Below, in pieces: positions 9,186-18,725 of a stretch of 64,000 nucleotides of DNA. The first letter of the stretch is position 1. Each line of letters opens with the position of its first letter. The notes below the pieces were generated by a model. That model saw only the letters and a list, made by a program, of their open reading frames with translations. It searched no databases and was not told the origin of the DNA. The DNA comes from Verrucomicrobiales bacterium (GTDB lineage: Bacteria > Verrucomicrobiota > Verrucomicrobiia > Verrucomicrobiales > SLCJ01). The stretch spans positions 32,001 to 96,000 of the forward strand of contig JBJTQJ010000108.1 in NCBI GenBank assembly GCA_046075565.1, given 5' to 3'. Made by a program: the position numbers and the translations under genes.

Positions 9186-10220
9186 TCACCGCATCGGCCG
9201 ATAGACCGTCGTTGACCGAAAGATTTCCCCCGGGCGCAGGACGACCGTGGGGAAGGCGGGTTGATTGGGCGAATCGGGAAAGTGTTGCGTCTCCAGCGCG
9301 AAACCCGACCGGGCGGTGGAGGGATTCCCCGTGCCTTTCATGAGCGCGGGCGAATGGCCATTGAAGTGCCCATTATAAAAATGGATTCCCGGTTCGGTGG
9401 TGAGCACCTCGAGCGCCCGACCGCTCTGGTGGCGAACCAAGGCGGCGGACCGGAGTTTTCCCGCCTCCCCATCAATGACCCATGTGTGGTCGTAGCCACA
9501 CAGCGTGGCCAATTCATCGTGTCCGTCGGGCTCGCGCATCGTCCGCAGCTTGCGGAAATCATACGCCGTGTCCGCGACGGGCGCGATGTGCCCGAGCGGG
9601 ATACCATCGCCATTTTTCGGAACGTAGGCGGAGGCTAGGATTTGTAGCTCGTGATCCGTCTCGAAGGCTCCGGCATCATGACCGGCAAGGTTGAAGTAGG
9701 CGTGGGCAGTCGGATTGAGGATGGTAGCCCGTCCGAAGACTTCGGCGCGGCAATCGTAACGCAACGCCCCATCGGCACCGAGGCTGAGAAGCACCTGCAG
9801 ATGAAGCTCGCCCGGATAGCCCTGCTCCCCATCCGGACTGACCAAGGAAAGAAGGAGTCCCTCGCTGGTGATCTGGGATTCCCAGGGCGCCTTGTCGAAT
9901 CCGGGGCTTCCGCCATGGAGGTGGTTCGGACCGTTGTTGATGGGCAGTTGGAATGTTTCGCCATCAAGCGTGAATTTTCCGGCGGCGATGCGGTTGCCAT
10001 ACCGCCCGACGACCGCGCCGTGATAACCGGCGTCATTCCAATAGTCGTCGAGAGATTCGCAGCCCAGCACGACATCGAGGTTTCCCGGCCAAATCCAGGA
10101 ACGAAGAATGGCTCCTTGATTGAGGATCTCGGCGGCATAATCTCCATGGCGAAGCGTGAAGATTTCCACCTCCCGGCCATCGGGCCGGACACCAAAAGGA
10201 GCGCGCGTGACTTCCAACAT
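9186..10220 (-). CDS. galM: Aldose 1-epimerase (galactose mutarotase)
   Basis: GRYGNRIA, NHLHGG, GYPG, HAYFNL and ETQHFPDSPNQP motifs. Start 10220 or 10226. Confidence 0.92.
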   Translation of the reverse strand: MLEVTRAPFGVRPDGREVEIFTLRHGDYAAEILNQGAILRSWIWPGNLDVVLGCESLDDYWNDAGYHGAVVGRYGNRIAAGKFTLDGETFQLPINNGPNHLHGGSPGFDKAPWESQITSEGLLLSLVSPDGEQGYPGELHLQVLLSLGADGALRYDCRAEVFGRATILNPTAHAYFNLAGHDAGAFETDHELQILASAYVPKNGDGIPLGHIAPVADTAYDFRKLRTMREPDGHDELATLCGYDHTWVIDGEAGKLRSAALVRHQSGRALEVLTTEPGIHFYNGHFNGHSPALMKGTGNPSTARSGFALETQHFPDSPNQPAFPTVVLRPGEIFRSTTVYRPMR

Positions 10221-10430
10221 GCGCATCCGGTAACGCGGGGAGGCCAATCGCGCAAGTGGCTGCCACTCCCACTTCTGGGGAAAATGATACGACCACAACT
10301 CCTGCCACCTTGGGCACGATTTTCCACCGATAAAACTTTTTTTAAGATTTCCGAAATATTTCACAACTTTCTCTTGCCAGAAGGCACAGGATCCGCTTTA
10401 TGCAGGGGAATATTCTCCTCGCACCTGCGC

Positions 10431-11006
10431 ATGAATTTCCTGCAGGAACTTTTCTTCTTCGACGTGCGGCCTTTACCCAAGAGGCGGCTGGGTAGCGCCG
10501 ACCCCGCATTGACCGCAGAAGCGCGACGACTTCTCCTCGCCATCGGGGAATGGGAACTGGCCTCCAAAGTGAAGGTCGAATGGTATCCCAGGCTACGGAG
10601 CACCGCCGGCCTGGCCGTCTATCGCGAGCACATGGTTTACCTGAATCCGAAGCTGGCGCGCTTCGCTCCCGTGGAACCAATCCACACGCTCAAGCACGAA
10701 CTCGCCCATCTCGTTGCCCACACCCGCGCCGGACGGCGCCGCATCGACGCGCACGGCCCCGAATGGCGTCGGGCCTGCGTGGACCTCGGTATTCCTGGTG
10801 AACGCCCGACCCATAATCTCCCCCTTCCCAAGTCCAATCGTCCGCGCCCCTATGTTTACCGCTGTCTCTCCTGTTCCGGGGAGGTGAAACGCACCAAACC
10901 CTTCCGCTTTGCTTGCGCCTGTTATTCCTGCTGCCGGAAATACAGCGGCGGGCGCTTCGACGAGCGGTTCCGCTATGTGCGCGCGCGCGAAACGATCGAG
11001 GCTTGA
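10431..11006 (+). CDS. SprT-like zinc metalloprotease domain protein
   Basis: RLRSTAG, HELAH, HGPEW and a C-terminal Cys-rich Zn ribbon. Confidence 0.85.
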   Translation: MNFLQELFFFDVRPLPKRRLGSADPALTAEARRLLLAIGEWELASKVKVEWYPRLRSTAGLAVYREHMVYLNPKLARFAPVEPIHTLKHELAHLVAHTRAGRRRIDAHGPEWRRACVDLGIPGERPTHNLPLPKSNRPRPYVYRCLSCSGEVKRTKPFRFACACYSCCRKYSGGRFDERFRYVRARETIEA

Positions 11007-11068
11007 GCATCGGGTTCTTTCCCGAATCCTCTGAAGGATTCCCCTCCCCCGGCTCGTAAAAGCTGGCT

Positions 11069-13273
11069 ATGATTCGCCCGTTCCTTCTCCTCTTGGCCCT
11101 TGTCTCGGCCTTGTCCGCCGCGCCGTCCCAGAAGCCGAATATCGTCTTCATCTTCAGCGACGATCACGCCCACAAAGCCATCTCTGCCTATGGAGGCCCG
11201 CTGGCCAAGGTCGCGCCCACCCCGGCATTGGATCGACTCGCCGATCAGGGAGCCATTTTTTCGAATTCCTTCTGCTGTAACTCAATCTGCGGCCCCTCGC
11301 GAGCCGCCATCCTCACCGGCCTCCATTCCCACGCCAACGGATTCCTCGACAACGACTTCTCCACCTTCGATGGCAACCAGCGCACGGTCGCGAAAATGCT
11401 GCAATCCTCCGGCTACCAGACCGCCATCGTCGGCAAATGGCACCTCGTTACCGAGCCCCAGGGCTTCGACTATTGGGAGATCCTGCCCGGACAAGGCCAT
11501 TACTACAACCCGGAATTCATCACCAGCGCTGGTTCAAAACGCGAGCAAGGCTACGTGACCGACATCATTACCGACAAGGCCATCCGCTGGCTCGATTCGC
11601 GCGAGGACAAGGAGAAACCGTTCCTCCTCATGTGCCAGCACAAGGCACCCCACCGGAATTGGTCGCCCGCTTTGCGCCACACTCGCCTCTTCGCCGATAC
11701 CGAGATTCCTGAGCCCGATAGCCTTTTCGATGACTACAAGAACCGCTCGGTCTCGCTCACGAAGCAAGCAATGACCATCGCCAAAGAAATGTATTGGGCG
11801 AACGACATGAAATTCGAAGGCGAGAACCTCTTCCCTGAACACTTCGCGGGTGGTCTCGGGAATTCCGAACGTGCCCGTATGACCGATGAACAACGAGCCG
11901 CCTGGGATGCCGCCTACCGCCCTGAAAACGAGGCCTTCATCGCCGACGTGAAAGCCGGCAAACTCGATGCCAAGGCCGTGACCCGGTGGAAATACCAGCG
12001 TTACCTCAAAGACTACCTGCGTTGCATCCGCGCCGTGGACGAAAACGTGGACCGTCTCCTCGAACACCTCGACAAAAGCGGCTTGGCCGACAACACCATC
12101 GTTATCTACTCCTCCGACCAGGGATTTTATCTCGGCGAACACGGCTGGTATGACAAACGCTGGATGTTCGAGGAGTCCCTGGAAATGCCATTCATCATCC
12201 GCTGGCCAGGTGTGGTCAAACCCGGCAGCCGCCCCGAGACGATGATCCAGAATATCGATTACGGCCCCACCTTCCTCGAAATGGCCGGCCAACCTGTCCC
12301 CTCCGACATGCACGGCCGCAGCCTCGTGCCCGCTCTCAAGGACACCACCAAAGTGCCCGAGGGATGGAGAGAAAGCATCTACTACCAGTATTCCGGCGAA
12401 AACACCCACGCGGTCGCCGCCCATGACGGGGTGCGGACTTCGCGTTACAAACTCATGTGGTTCCCACGCACCAAAGAATGGAACTTGTTCGACCTGGAGA
12501 AGGATCCGCAGGAGATGAAGTCCGTCCACGCCGATCCGGAATACGCGAAAGTGCTGGAAGAAATGAAGGACCTCTACCGGAAGAACCGCGCAACCTATGG
12601 GGTCAATGATGCCACCGTGCCCCAGCCCCGCTTGAAAGACGGCTGGTGGAAGGAACGCCACCAGGCCAAGAAGAAAGAACTTTCCAAAGGCGGCCACGAG
12701 TTGGTTTTCCTCGGAGATTCCATCACCCAGGGATGGGAAGGCGCGGGCAAAGAAGCCTGGAGCAAATCATTCGGCTCCCGCAAGGCGATCAACCTCGGCT
12801 TCTCCGGCGATTGCACCCAACACGTGCTCTGGCGACTCTTCAATGTTGGCTTCGAAGGCGCGAAACCCAAGGTGCTTGTCTTGATGATCGGCACCAACAA
12901 TACGGGAATTCACCAGCAGGATCCGGTCGAAACAGCCTCCGGGATCACATCCATCCTCAATATCATCCGCGACCGCAAGCCGGAAACGAATATCCTTCTA
13001 GTCGGCGTGCCGCCGCGCGGCGAAGGTCCCAGCGATCCTCTGCGTAAGATCAATGATGAACTCAACAGCAAACTCGTAGGTCTGGCCGATGGGAAAAAGA
13101 TCCACTACCACGATGGCGGTGCCGCTTTCCTCTCCCCCGATGGCACCTGCCGCCCGGATCTGATGCCCGACAAACTGCATCTCTCGCCCGAAGGTTACAA
13201 GATCTGGGCCGCGCAGCTCGAACCGATCATCAACAAACTCGCTGGCTGGGATACCGCGGCAACCGCTCCGTGA
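11069..13273 (+). CDS. Secreted sulfatase (S1) fused to an SGNH/GDSL esterase
   Basis: Signal peptide; SDDH, CGPSR and GKWH sulfatase motifs; C-terminal FLGDSIT, GTNN and DKLH SGNH blocks. Confidence 0.92.
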   Translation: MIRPFLLLLALVSALSAAPSQKPNIVFIFSDDHAHKAISAYGGPLAKVAPTPALDRLADQGAIFSNSFCCNSICGPSRAAILTGLHSHANGFLDNDFSTFDGNQRTVAKMLQSSGYQTAIVGKWHLVTEPQGFDYWEILPGQGHYYNPEFITSAGSKREQGYVTDIITDKAIRWLDSREDKEKPFLLMCQHKAPHRNWSPALRHTRLFADTEIPEPDSLFDDYKNRSVSLTKQAMTIAKEMYWANDMKFEGENLFPEHFAGGLGNSERARMTDEQRAAWDAAYRPENEAFIADVKAGKLDAKAVTRWKYQRYLKDYLRCIRAVDENVDRLLEHLDKSGLADNTIVIYSSDQGFYLGEHGWYDKRWMFEESLEMPFIIRWPGVVKPGSRPETMIQNIDYGPTFLEMAGQPVPSDMHGRSLVPALKDTTKVPEGWRESIYYQYSGENTHAVAAHDGVRTSRYKLMWFPRTKEWNLFDLEKDPQEMKSVHADPEYAKVLEEMKDLYRKNRATYGVNDATVPQPRLKDGWWKERHQAKKKELSKGGHELVFLGDSITQGWEGAGKEAWSKSFGSRKAINLGFSGDCTQHVLWRLFNVGFEGAKPKVLVLMIGTNNTGIHQQDPVETASGITSILNIIRDRKPETNILLVGVPPRGEGPSDPLRKINDELNSKLVGLADGKKIHYHDGGAAFLSPDGTCRPDLMPDKLHLSPEGYKIWAAQLEPIINKLAGWDTAATAP

Positions 13274-13304
13274 AAACGAAGCGCAACCGCGAACGACGGA
13301 TCTT

Positions 13305-13377
13305 GTTGGAGTTCGGGCTTTAGCCCGTCATTCCACCACTGCCAATGAGAGAAACGGGCTAAAGCCCGAACTCCAAC
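13305..13377. repeat. REP-like inverted doublet (REPIN-like)
   Basis: Perfect 24-bp inverted repeat GTTGGAGTTCGGGCTTTAGCCCGT (13305-13328 and 13354-13377). Each arm contains the internal palindrome CGGGCT-NN-AGCCCG. Confidence 0.8.
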
Positions 13378-13481
13378 CTTGCCCGATGGGCCCCGAACAA
13401 CAACAGCAGGGACCGTTGTGCCAGTCTTGCCTTCGGGTCTGTCCGATGCTCTGATAGGTGGCACTCAATTCACCCACTGCC

Positions 13482-14843
13482 ATGACAGAGCGGCACATTC
13501 TGGTCCACTATCACCTCCGCCCCGGCGGAGTGACGACCGTGCTGCGCGAACAGGCGCGCGTGCTAACCTCCCTCGGAGCGTCCGTCCAAATCATCAGTGG
13601 GGAGGCGGCTCCGCCGGGAGCGGATGATTTCCCGACGCCCATCGAAGTGGTGCCGGAACTTGGCTATCGGCAGCACCCTTTGGAGCCCGATGACTTCGAG
13701 AGGATTCTCCATCGATTGGCATCCATCGCAGGACTGGATGGGATTCTCCACTTCCAGAATCCGACGCTTAAAAAAAACCCCTCATGGATGGCGCTGATCA
13801 ACCGCCTCGCGGCTTCCGGTCATGCCATACTTTTGCAGATTCACGATTTCGGCGAAGACCATCGTTGGCGGCCCGGTCACGAGCCGATCGACCATGCGCG
13901 GTTTTATCCGTGCGGAGACCGTGTCCTCTGGATTGTTCTTCATCCGGAGGATCGGGCGATTCTAGTTTCTGCCGGTATGGCAGACGATGATGTCGCGGTG
14001 TTGCCGAATTTGGTGTCCGCTCCTGTTTATGGCACCCTCCCATCGGCCGACGATGGAAAGGTCCGCGTCCTCTACCCGGCCCGAGGGATCCGCCGCAAGA
14101 ACATCGGCGAATTTCTCCTGCTTGCCACCCTCGCACCATCATCTTGGGAATTCCGCAGCACCCTGCCCCCGAACGGCGCGGCTCAAGAGAGGCAATTCCG
14201 TCGTTGGCAAAGGTGGGCCGGTCATTTGGAGATCAAGGCTTTGTTAGGAGAGGGCACCGGAGACTACCGTCCTGATCTCGTGATCTCGACGAGTGTGCGG
14301 GAGGGATTCGGCTATTCCTTCGCCGAGCCGTGGCTGGCCGGGATTCCCGCGACCGGACGTCATCCGGATCGATGGTTGGTCGGTCATGACGGGCAGACTC
14401 TGCCTCATGCTCCGGGCCTTTACAGCGCAATTCACATCCCGACCCGTTGGCTGCGCAAGGATACGCGGCCCTTGGTTTCCGGTCCGACCATCGACTTCGC
14501 TGATTTGCCCGAGACTGGCCAACGCCATGTGCTGCGCGAGGTCGTGGGAGACCCGGACGTCGCGCGAGAGGATTTTCTTTTTGAGTTGATCGATGGTCGT
14601 CGGGTCAAAGCCGTTGATTGGTTCTCCGGGATTCTCGCACAGTCCCGGGACTCGATTAAGACCATGGCAGCACACATGCGTTCGGGATTTTCTTCTTTTC
14701 ATCTGGGCGAGAGACTGCGGACCGTCGCATCCGGCGCTCGCGGGGCGCGTGGCGGGTTGCGCGGCCATGCCGATGCCTCCATGGTGCTTAGGGCATTTTC
14801 CAAGCCCGGACCATTCCGCTTCCTCCGCCTTCCTCCTTCATGA
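13482..14843 (+). CDS. GT-B fold glycosyltransferase (GT4-like)
   Basis: HYHLRPGGVTTV N-terminus, RGIRRKNIGE and SVREGFGYSFAEPW (ExFG...E motif). Confidence 0.78.
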   Translation: MTERHILVHYHLRPGGVTTVLREQARVLTSLGASVQIISGEAAPPGADDFPTPIEVVPELGYRQHPLEPDDFERILHRLASIAGLDGILHFQNPTLKKNPSWMALINRLAASGHAILLQIHDFGEDHRWRPGHEPIDHARFYPCGDRVLWIVLHPEDRAILVSAGMADDDVAVLPNLVSAPVYGTLPSADDGKVRVLYPARGIRRKNIGEFLLLATLAPSSWEFRSTLPPNGAAQERQFRRWQRWAGHLEIKALLGEGTGDYRPDLVISTSVREGFGYSFAEPWLAGIPATGRHPDRWLVGHDGQTLPHAPGLYSAIHIPTRWLRKDTRPLVSGPTIDFADLPETGQRHVLREVVGDPDVAREDFLFELIDGRRVKAVDWFSGILAQSRDSIKTMAAHMRSGFSSFHLGERLRTVASGARGARGGLRGHADASMVLRAFSKPGPFRFLRLPPS

Positions 14844-15688
14844 TTGATGATCCTTTGCATCAGGTATTGCGTGCGTCACTCCAGGAGTTCCCCCTGAAGC
14901 CGTCGGGCCTTGCCCCGGTGCTCCGCCCATTGGAAGGAATCCAAGCGGTGGTTTTCGATTTCTACGACACGCTCATCCTGACGGAAACGAGCACGGTGCC
15001 CGCCGGGATGGAAACCGATGTGTTGTTGGGCAGCGATTTGGCGCGGCGGGTTAGGCTGGCCGGCGGGAAATTGCCCGCACGGGCCTCGGACTTTGAAGCC
15101 GCATGGTCGGCCTGCATCGCAGCGACCCATCGCCATCGCCGTGAATCTGAACCCGATCTGGTGCAACCGGAAGTGCATACCCTCGATGTGGTCCGCGATT
15201 TCTGCCAGGCTTCGCTGTCCGACAATCTCGCCTCCGAAGTGGCGGCTCGCCGGGAAGCATGGACCACCCGTTCGCGCCGTGCGCCCGGAGCACGGGCCAT
15301 GCTCGGCAAGTTACGCGCACGCGGACTTACCCTCGGGATCGGTTCGAATGCCCAGCGGGTTTCCGAATCCCTGTTTTCCCTTCATTTCGGAGGAAAGCCC
15401 GAAGCACTCGGACTCACGCTGAACGTCTGGAGTTGGCGTCTCGGCGTCGCCAAACCCGACCCGGCGTTTTTCCGTCATCTCGCCAAACTCGCGGCTGGCC
15501 TCGGGATCACCCCTGCCCGATTGCTCTTTGTCGGCAACGACCCATCCCGCGACATTGCACCGGCGGCCAACGCGGGTTTCGCCACCTGCCTATACGCCGG
15601 GGACCAACGCTGCCTGCGCCCGTCCGGGAGCAGGACCCCAGATGCGGTCATCACCTGCTTCTCCCAACTCGACGGCATCCTGCGGTGA
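14840..15688 (+). CDS. HAD-superfamily hydrolase/phosphatase
   Basis: FDFYDTL motif I, SNAQ, KPDP, GND...D. ATGA overlap with the upstream glycosyltransferase. Confidence 0.85.
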   Translation: MIDDPLHQVLRASLQEFPLKPSGLAPVLRPLEGIQAVVFDFYDTLILTETSTVPAGMETDVLLGSDLARRVRLAGGKLPARASDFEAAWSACIAATHRHRRESEPDLVQPEVHTLDVVRDFCQASLSDNLASEVAARREAWTTRSRRAPGARAMLGKLRARGLTLGIGSNAQRVSESLFSLHFGGKPEALGLTLNVWSWRLGVAKPDPAFFRHLAKLAAGLGITPARLLFVGNDPSRDIAPAANAGFATCLYAGDQRCLRPSGSRTPDAVITCFSQLDGILR

Positions 15689-15720
15689 TAGATTCCCGGG
15701 CAGGCTGGCGTAAACCCGCC

Positions 15721-16950
15721 ATGCTTCCCATGCGTAGATTTTTCGGCCTTCTGGCACTCCCGGTTCTTACCGCCGTGGCGGTCGCCGATGATGCCCCACT
15801 TTATTCGGTGAAACTCGATCCCGGCAAGGTCGCGCGCGAAGATGCATTGGTGGCGATTGCCCACGGTCTGGAAAATGTCCCGCCCAATGCCAGTGGAGCG
15901 CTCTTTTTCCGTTCGGGTGAAGAGGAAGCCCTCCAGGCCGACCTCGATCCGGCGGATCGGAAAACCCTGTGGCTGCGGGTGCCCGGGCAATGGCCGGCCA
16001 ACCAAATCCTTGAACTGAGTTGCCGCGCCTGGGTGCAGGACACGAAAAGTCCCGAGGAGGATCCGAAGGAAAACTTCAGCTTCAAGGATCCAAGCGGACG
16101 AGAGCTTTTCCTTTATCAGGCGAAAACCAATCCCGCGCCGGAAGGCACTTCCCCCCTCTTTGCGAGGTCCGCCTTCATCCACCCCCTCACCACCCCCGCA
16201 GGGCACATCCTAACAGGAACACGTCCCTCCGATCACATCCATCACATGGGCCTCTGGCACGCTTGGACGCAGACCAATTTCCGCGGCGAAAAAGTGGACT
16301 TCTGGAACATCAAGGAAGGACAAGGCACGGTTCGCTTCGCCAGCTACGACTGGCGGCATCGGGGCCGCGCTTGGAGCGGTTTCTCCGCGAAACAAGAGCA
16401 TATCGCTTGGCCGGGACAAGCCCGGGAGACCAGGGTGCTGGATGAATCTCTGGTCGTGCGCGCATGGACGACCGCCAAAGCCCTCGTGCTCGACTACAAT
16501 TTCACGCAGAAAAACGTTTCCGACGCGCCCCTCGAACTGACCGCCTATCGTTATGGCGGCGGCTTGGGTTTTCGCGGACGCCCGGAGTGGCGGCTTGAAA
16601 CAAGCGACTACCTGACCAGTGAAGGAAAAACCCGCGAGAATGCCCACCAAAGCCGCGCCCGCTGGCTCGGTGCCAGCGGAACGACCGGAGACGCAACCAA
16701 GGGCAGCGTGGTTCTGCTTTCCCATCCGGAAAATACCGACTCTCCGCAGCGCATCCGCACTTGGGGCAAAGAACACGAGGGCGCCATTTTCATGAATTTC
16801 GTGCCGACTCAGGAAAAGGCTTCCTCCATCGCCCCCGGTGCCAGCATCACCCTGCGCTATCGGGTCATCACCATGGATGGCGGACTGGACAAGACGGTCA
16901 TTGAAGCTATCTGGGATGACTATGCGAATCCTGTTCGAGTAGGGAAATGA
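15721..16950 (+). CDS. Exported PmoA-like (DUF6807-type) protein
   Basis: Signal peptide; FIHPL.TPAG, PSDHIHHMGLW and YRYGGGLGFRG motifs. Confidence 0.75.
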   Translation: MLPMRRFFGLLALPVLTAVAVADDAPLYSVKLDPGKVAREDALVAIAHGLENVPPNASGALFFRSGEEEALQADLDPADRKTLWLRVPGQWPANQILELSCRAWVQDTKSPEEDPKENFSFKDPSGRELFLYQAKTNPAPEGTSPLFARSAFIHPLTTPAGHILTGTRPSDHIHHMGLWHAWTQTNFRGEKVDFWNIKEGQGTVRFASYDWRHRGRAWSGFSAKQEHIAWPGQARETRVLDESLVVRAWTTAKALVLDYNFTQKNVSDAPLELTAYRYGGGLGFRGRPEWRLETSDYLTSEGKTRENAHQSRARWLGASGTTGDATKGSVVLLSHPENTDSPQRIRTWGKEHEGAIFMNFVPTQEKASSIAPGASITLRYRVITMDGGLDKTVIEAIWDDYANPVRVGK

Positions 16951-16952
16951 AG

Positions 16953-17091
16953 GGGAGACTCAAGACCGCTTCGCTCAAAGACCCAAGACACAAGACTTGA
17001 GCCCAGGGCTAGGAATCAGGAATCAGGAATCGGGAGTCGGGAGTCAGGTCTAATGTCTTGGAGCAAAGCGGTCTTCTGTCTTCTGTCTCCC
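16953..17091. repeat. Heptamer-built inverted-repeat element with a central (GGAATCA/GGAGTCG)n array
   Basis: The left end GGGAGAC-TCAAGAC-CGCTTCGCTCAAAGAC matches the reverse complement of the right end (GGGAGAC-AGAAGAC-AGAAGAC-CGCTTTGCTCCAAGAC). Five tandem 7-mers lie at 17012-17046. Confidence 0.7.
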
Positions 17092-17171
17092 TCAGTTCCC
17101 AGCTTTTCCGATTTTCCGGCTTTCTTCCCCCTTGAACGCTTTTCCGACGGGATTAGAATTGGGGACCACTC

Positions 17172-18725
17172 ATGAAATCCATCTCGCCGCGTTATCCGTT
17201 GGTTTCTCTCGCTCTTCTGGCTTCCCTTGCCGTTGGTTCGGCCCAGACGACCCAAAAAATGGAACTCACCTTCGCGGCCGTGGAGGCGATGGCCATCGAG
17301 GCGTCGAAGTCTCCTTGGGCTCCGGTGAATGACGACAGTCTTTTGCCCAAAGCCCTCCATGGACTGACCTACGACCAGCACCGGAACATCCGTTTCAAGC
17401 CGGAATCCCAGCTCTGGACCGAAGATGGCCTCCCCTTTCGGGTCGCCCTTTTCCACCCCGGGTATCTATTCAAGATGCCGGTGGCGATGAACGAGTTCAC
17501 CGACACGCACGTGCAGAAACTGCGTTTCGCCCGCTCGCTTTTCGATTACACGAACTCCGGTGTCGATCCGGCCGAACTGCCCACCGATCTCGGTTACGCC
17601 GGTTTCCGCCTCCACCATCCGCTCAACAATGCCGAAACCTACGATGAACTCGCCGTCTTCCTCGGGGCGAGCTACTACCGGATGTTAGGCAGAAACATGA
17701 TCTACGGCCTCTCCGCCCGTGGCCTCGCCCTCGACACCGGACTCGACAAACCGGAGGAATTTCCGGTTTTCACGCAGGCTTGGTTCGGAAAACCGAAAGC
17801 GGGAGCCAAATCGATCACACTTTATACCTTGCTTAACAGCCCGAGCGTCGCCGGTGCCTACGAGTTTGTCATCACTCCGGGCGAACAAACCGTCTGCCGG
17901 GTGCGCACGACTCTTGTCTTCCGCCAAGCCGTCACTCAAATCGGTATTTCCCCGCTCACCAGCATGTATTGGTTCGGCGAAAATGTGCGCCATGCCTACG
18001 ATGACTTCCGCCCGGAAGTTCACGACAGTGATGGCCTCGTCATGAAAACGGAAACCGGCGAAGTGCTCTGGCGTCCGCTGCAGAATGATCCCCAGCGCAA
18101 GAACATCTATTCGTTTTCCGCCCGTAACGTGCGCGGCTTCGGCCTTGTGCAACGCGACCGGGATTTCTCGAACTACGAAGATCTCGAAGCCCGCTACGAT
18201 GAACGCCCGGCCGTCTGGGTCGAGCCCGATGGTTACTGGGGACCGGGTTCCGTCAAACTCGTCGAGTTGCCGACCGCCCACGAACTCTCCGACAATATCG
18301 TCGCCTTCTGGGAACCCGAAACCCACCCCAAACCCGGCGAACCCTACCGCCTCGCTTACACCCAGCGCTGGACGCTCGACGGCAATCCGGCCGGGGCTTC
18401 CGGCTATGCTGTTGCCACCCGCTCAGGCATCCACGAATGGGCACCGGGGGTGCGGTTTATCATCGTCGATTTCGCGGGCAAAACCCTCGAGGCCATGGAT
18501 GCCAAACTCGCCCCCGAAGCAGTCATCACCACCTCCGACCCCGGCGTAGAAATCATGCACCCGACCGTGCAGAAAAACCCGCGTAACCAGACTTGGCGCG
18601 TCGCCTTCCAGATCAAAGCCAAGGAGGGATTCACTCCCGTGCCCACGGGAGCCGAGTTGCGCTGTGCCCTCCGCCGCGGAGAAGACTTCCTCACCGAAAC
18701 ATGGACCTGCCGGATGCCCCTCTGA
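17172..18725 (+). CDS. opgG: Periplasmic glucan biosynthesis protein G (OpgG/OpgD family)
   Basis: LTYDQHRNIRF, VFLGASYYR, YGLSARGLA, EEFP.F, RPEVHDSDGL and DNIVAFW motifs. Confidence 0.9.
   Translation: MKSISPRYPLVSLALLASLAVGSAQTTQKMELTFAAVEAMAIEASKSPWAPVNDDSLLPKALHGLTYDQHRNIRFKPESQLWTEDGLPFRVALFHPGYLFKMPVAMNEFTDTHVQKLRFARSLFDYTNSGVDPAELPTDLGYAGFRLHHPLNNAETYDELAVFLGASYYRMLGRNMIYGLSARGLALDTGLDKPEEFPVFTQAWFGKPKAGAKSITLYTLLNSPSVAGAYEFVITPGEQTVCRVRTTLVFRQAVTQIGISPLTSMYWFGENVRHAYDDFRPEVHDSDGLVMKTETGEVLWRPLQNDPQRKNIYSFSARNVRGFGLVQRDRDFSNYEDLEARYDERPAVWVEPDGYWGPGSVKLVELPTAHELSDNIVAFWEPETHPKPGEPYRLAYTQRWTLDGNPAGASGYAVATRSGIHEWAPGVRFIIVDFAGKTLEAMDAKLAPEAVITTSDPGVEIMHPTVQKNPRNQTWRVAFQIKAKEGFTPVPTGAELRCALRRGEDFLTETWTCRMPL

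Noticed and set aside
9651-10430. Long N-terminal extension of the SprT ORF (451 aa)
   Set aside because: It overlaps galM antisense; the SprT-like sequence only begins at ATG 10431.
15721-16950. Interpretation of the PmoA-like protein as methane monooxygenase
   Set aside because: It is a soluble exported protein with no multi-TM pattern and no pmoCB neighbours; the family name does not imply methanotrophy.
17011-17048. Tandem repeats considered as a CRISPR array
   Set aside because: 7-bp units with no unique spacers, and no cas genes in the window.
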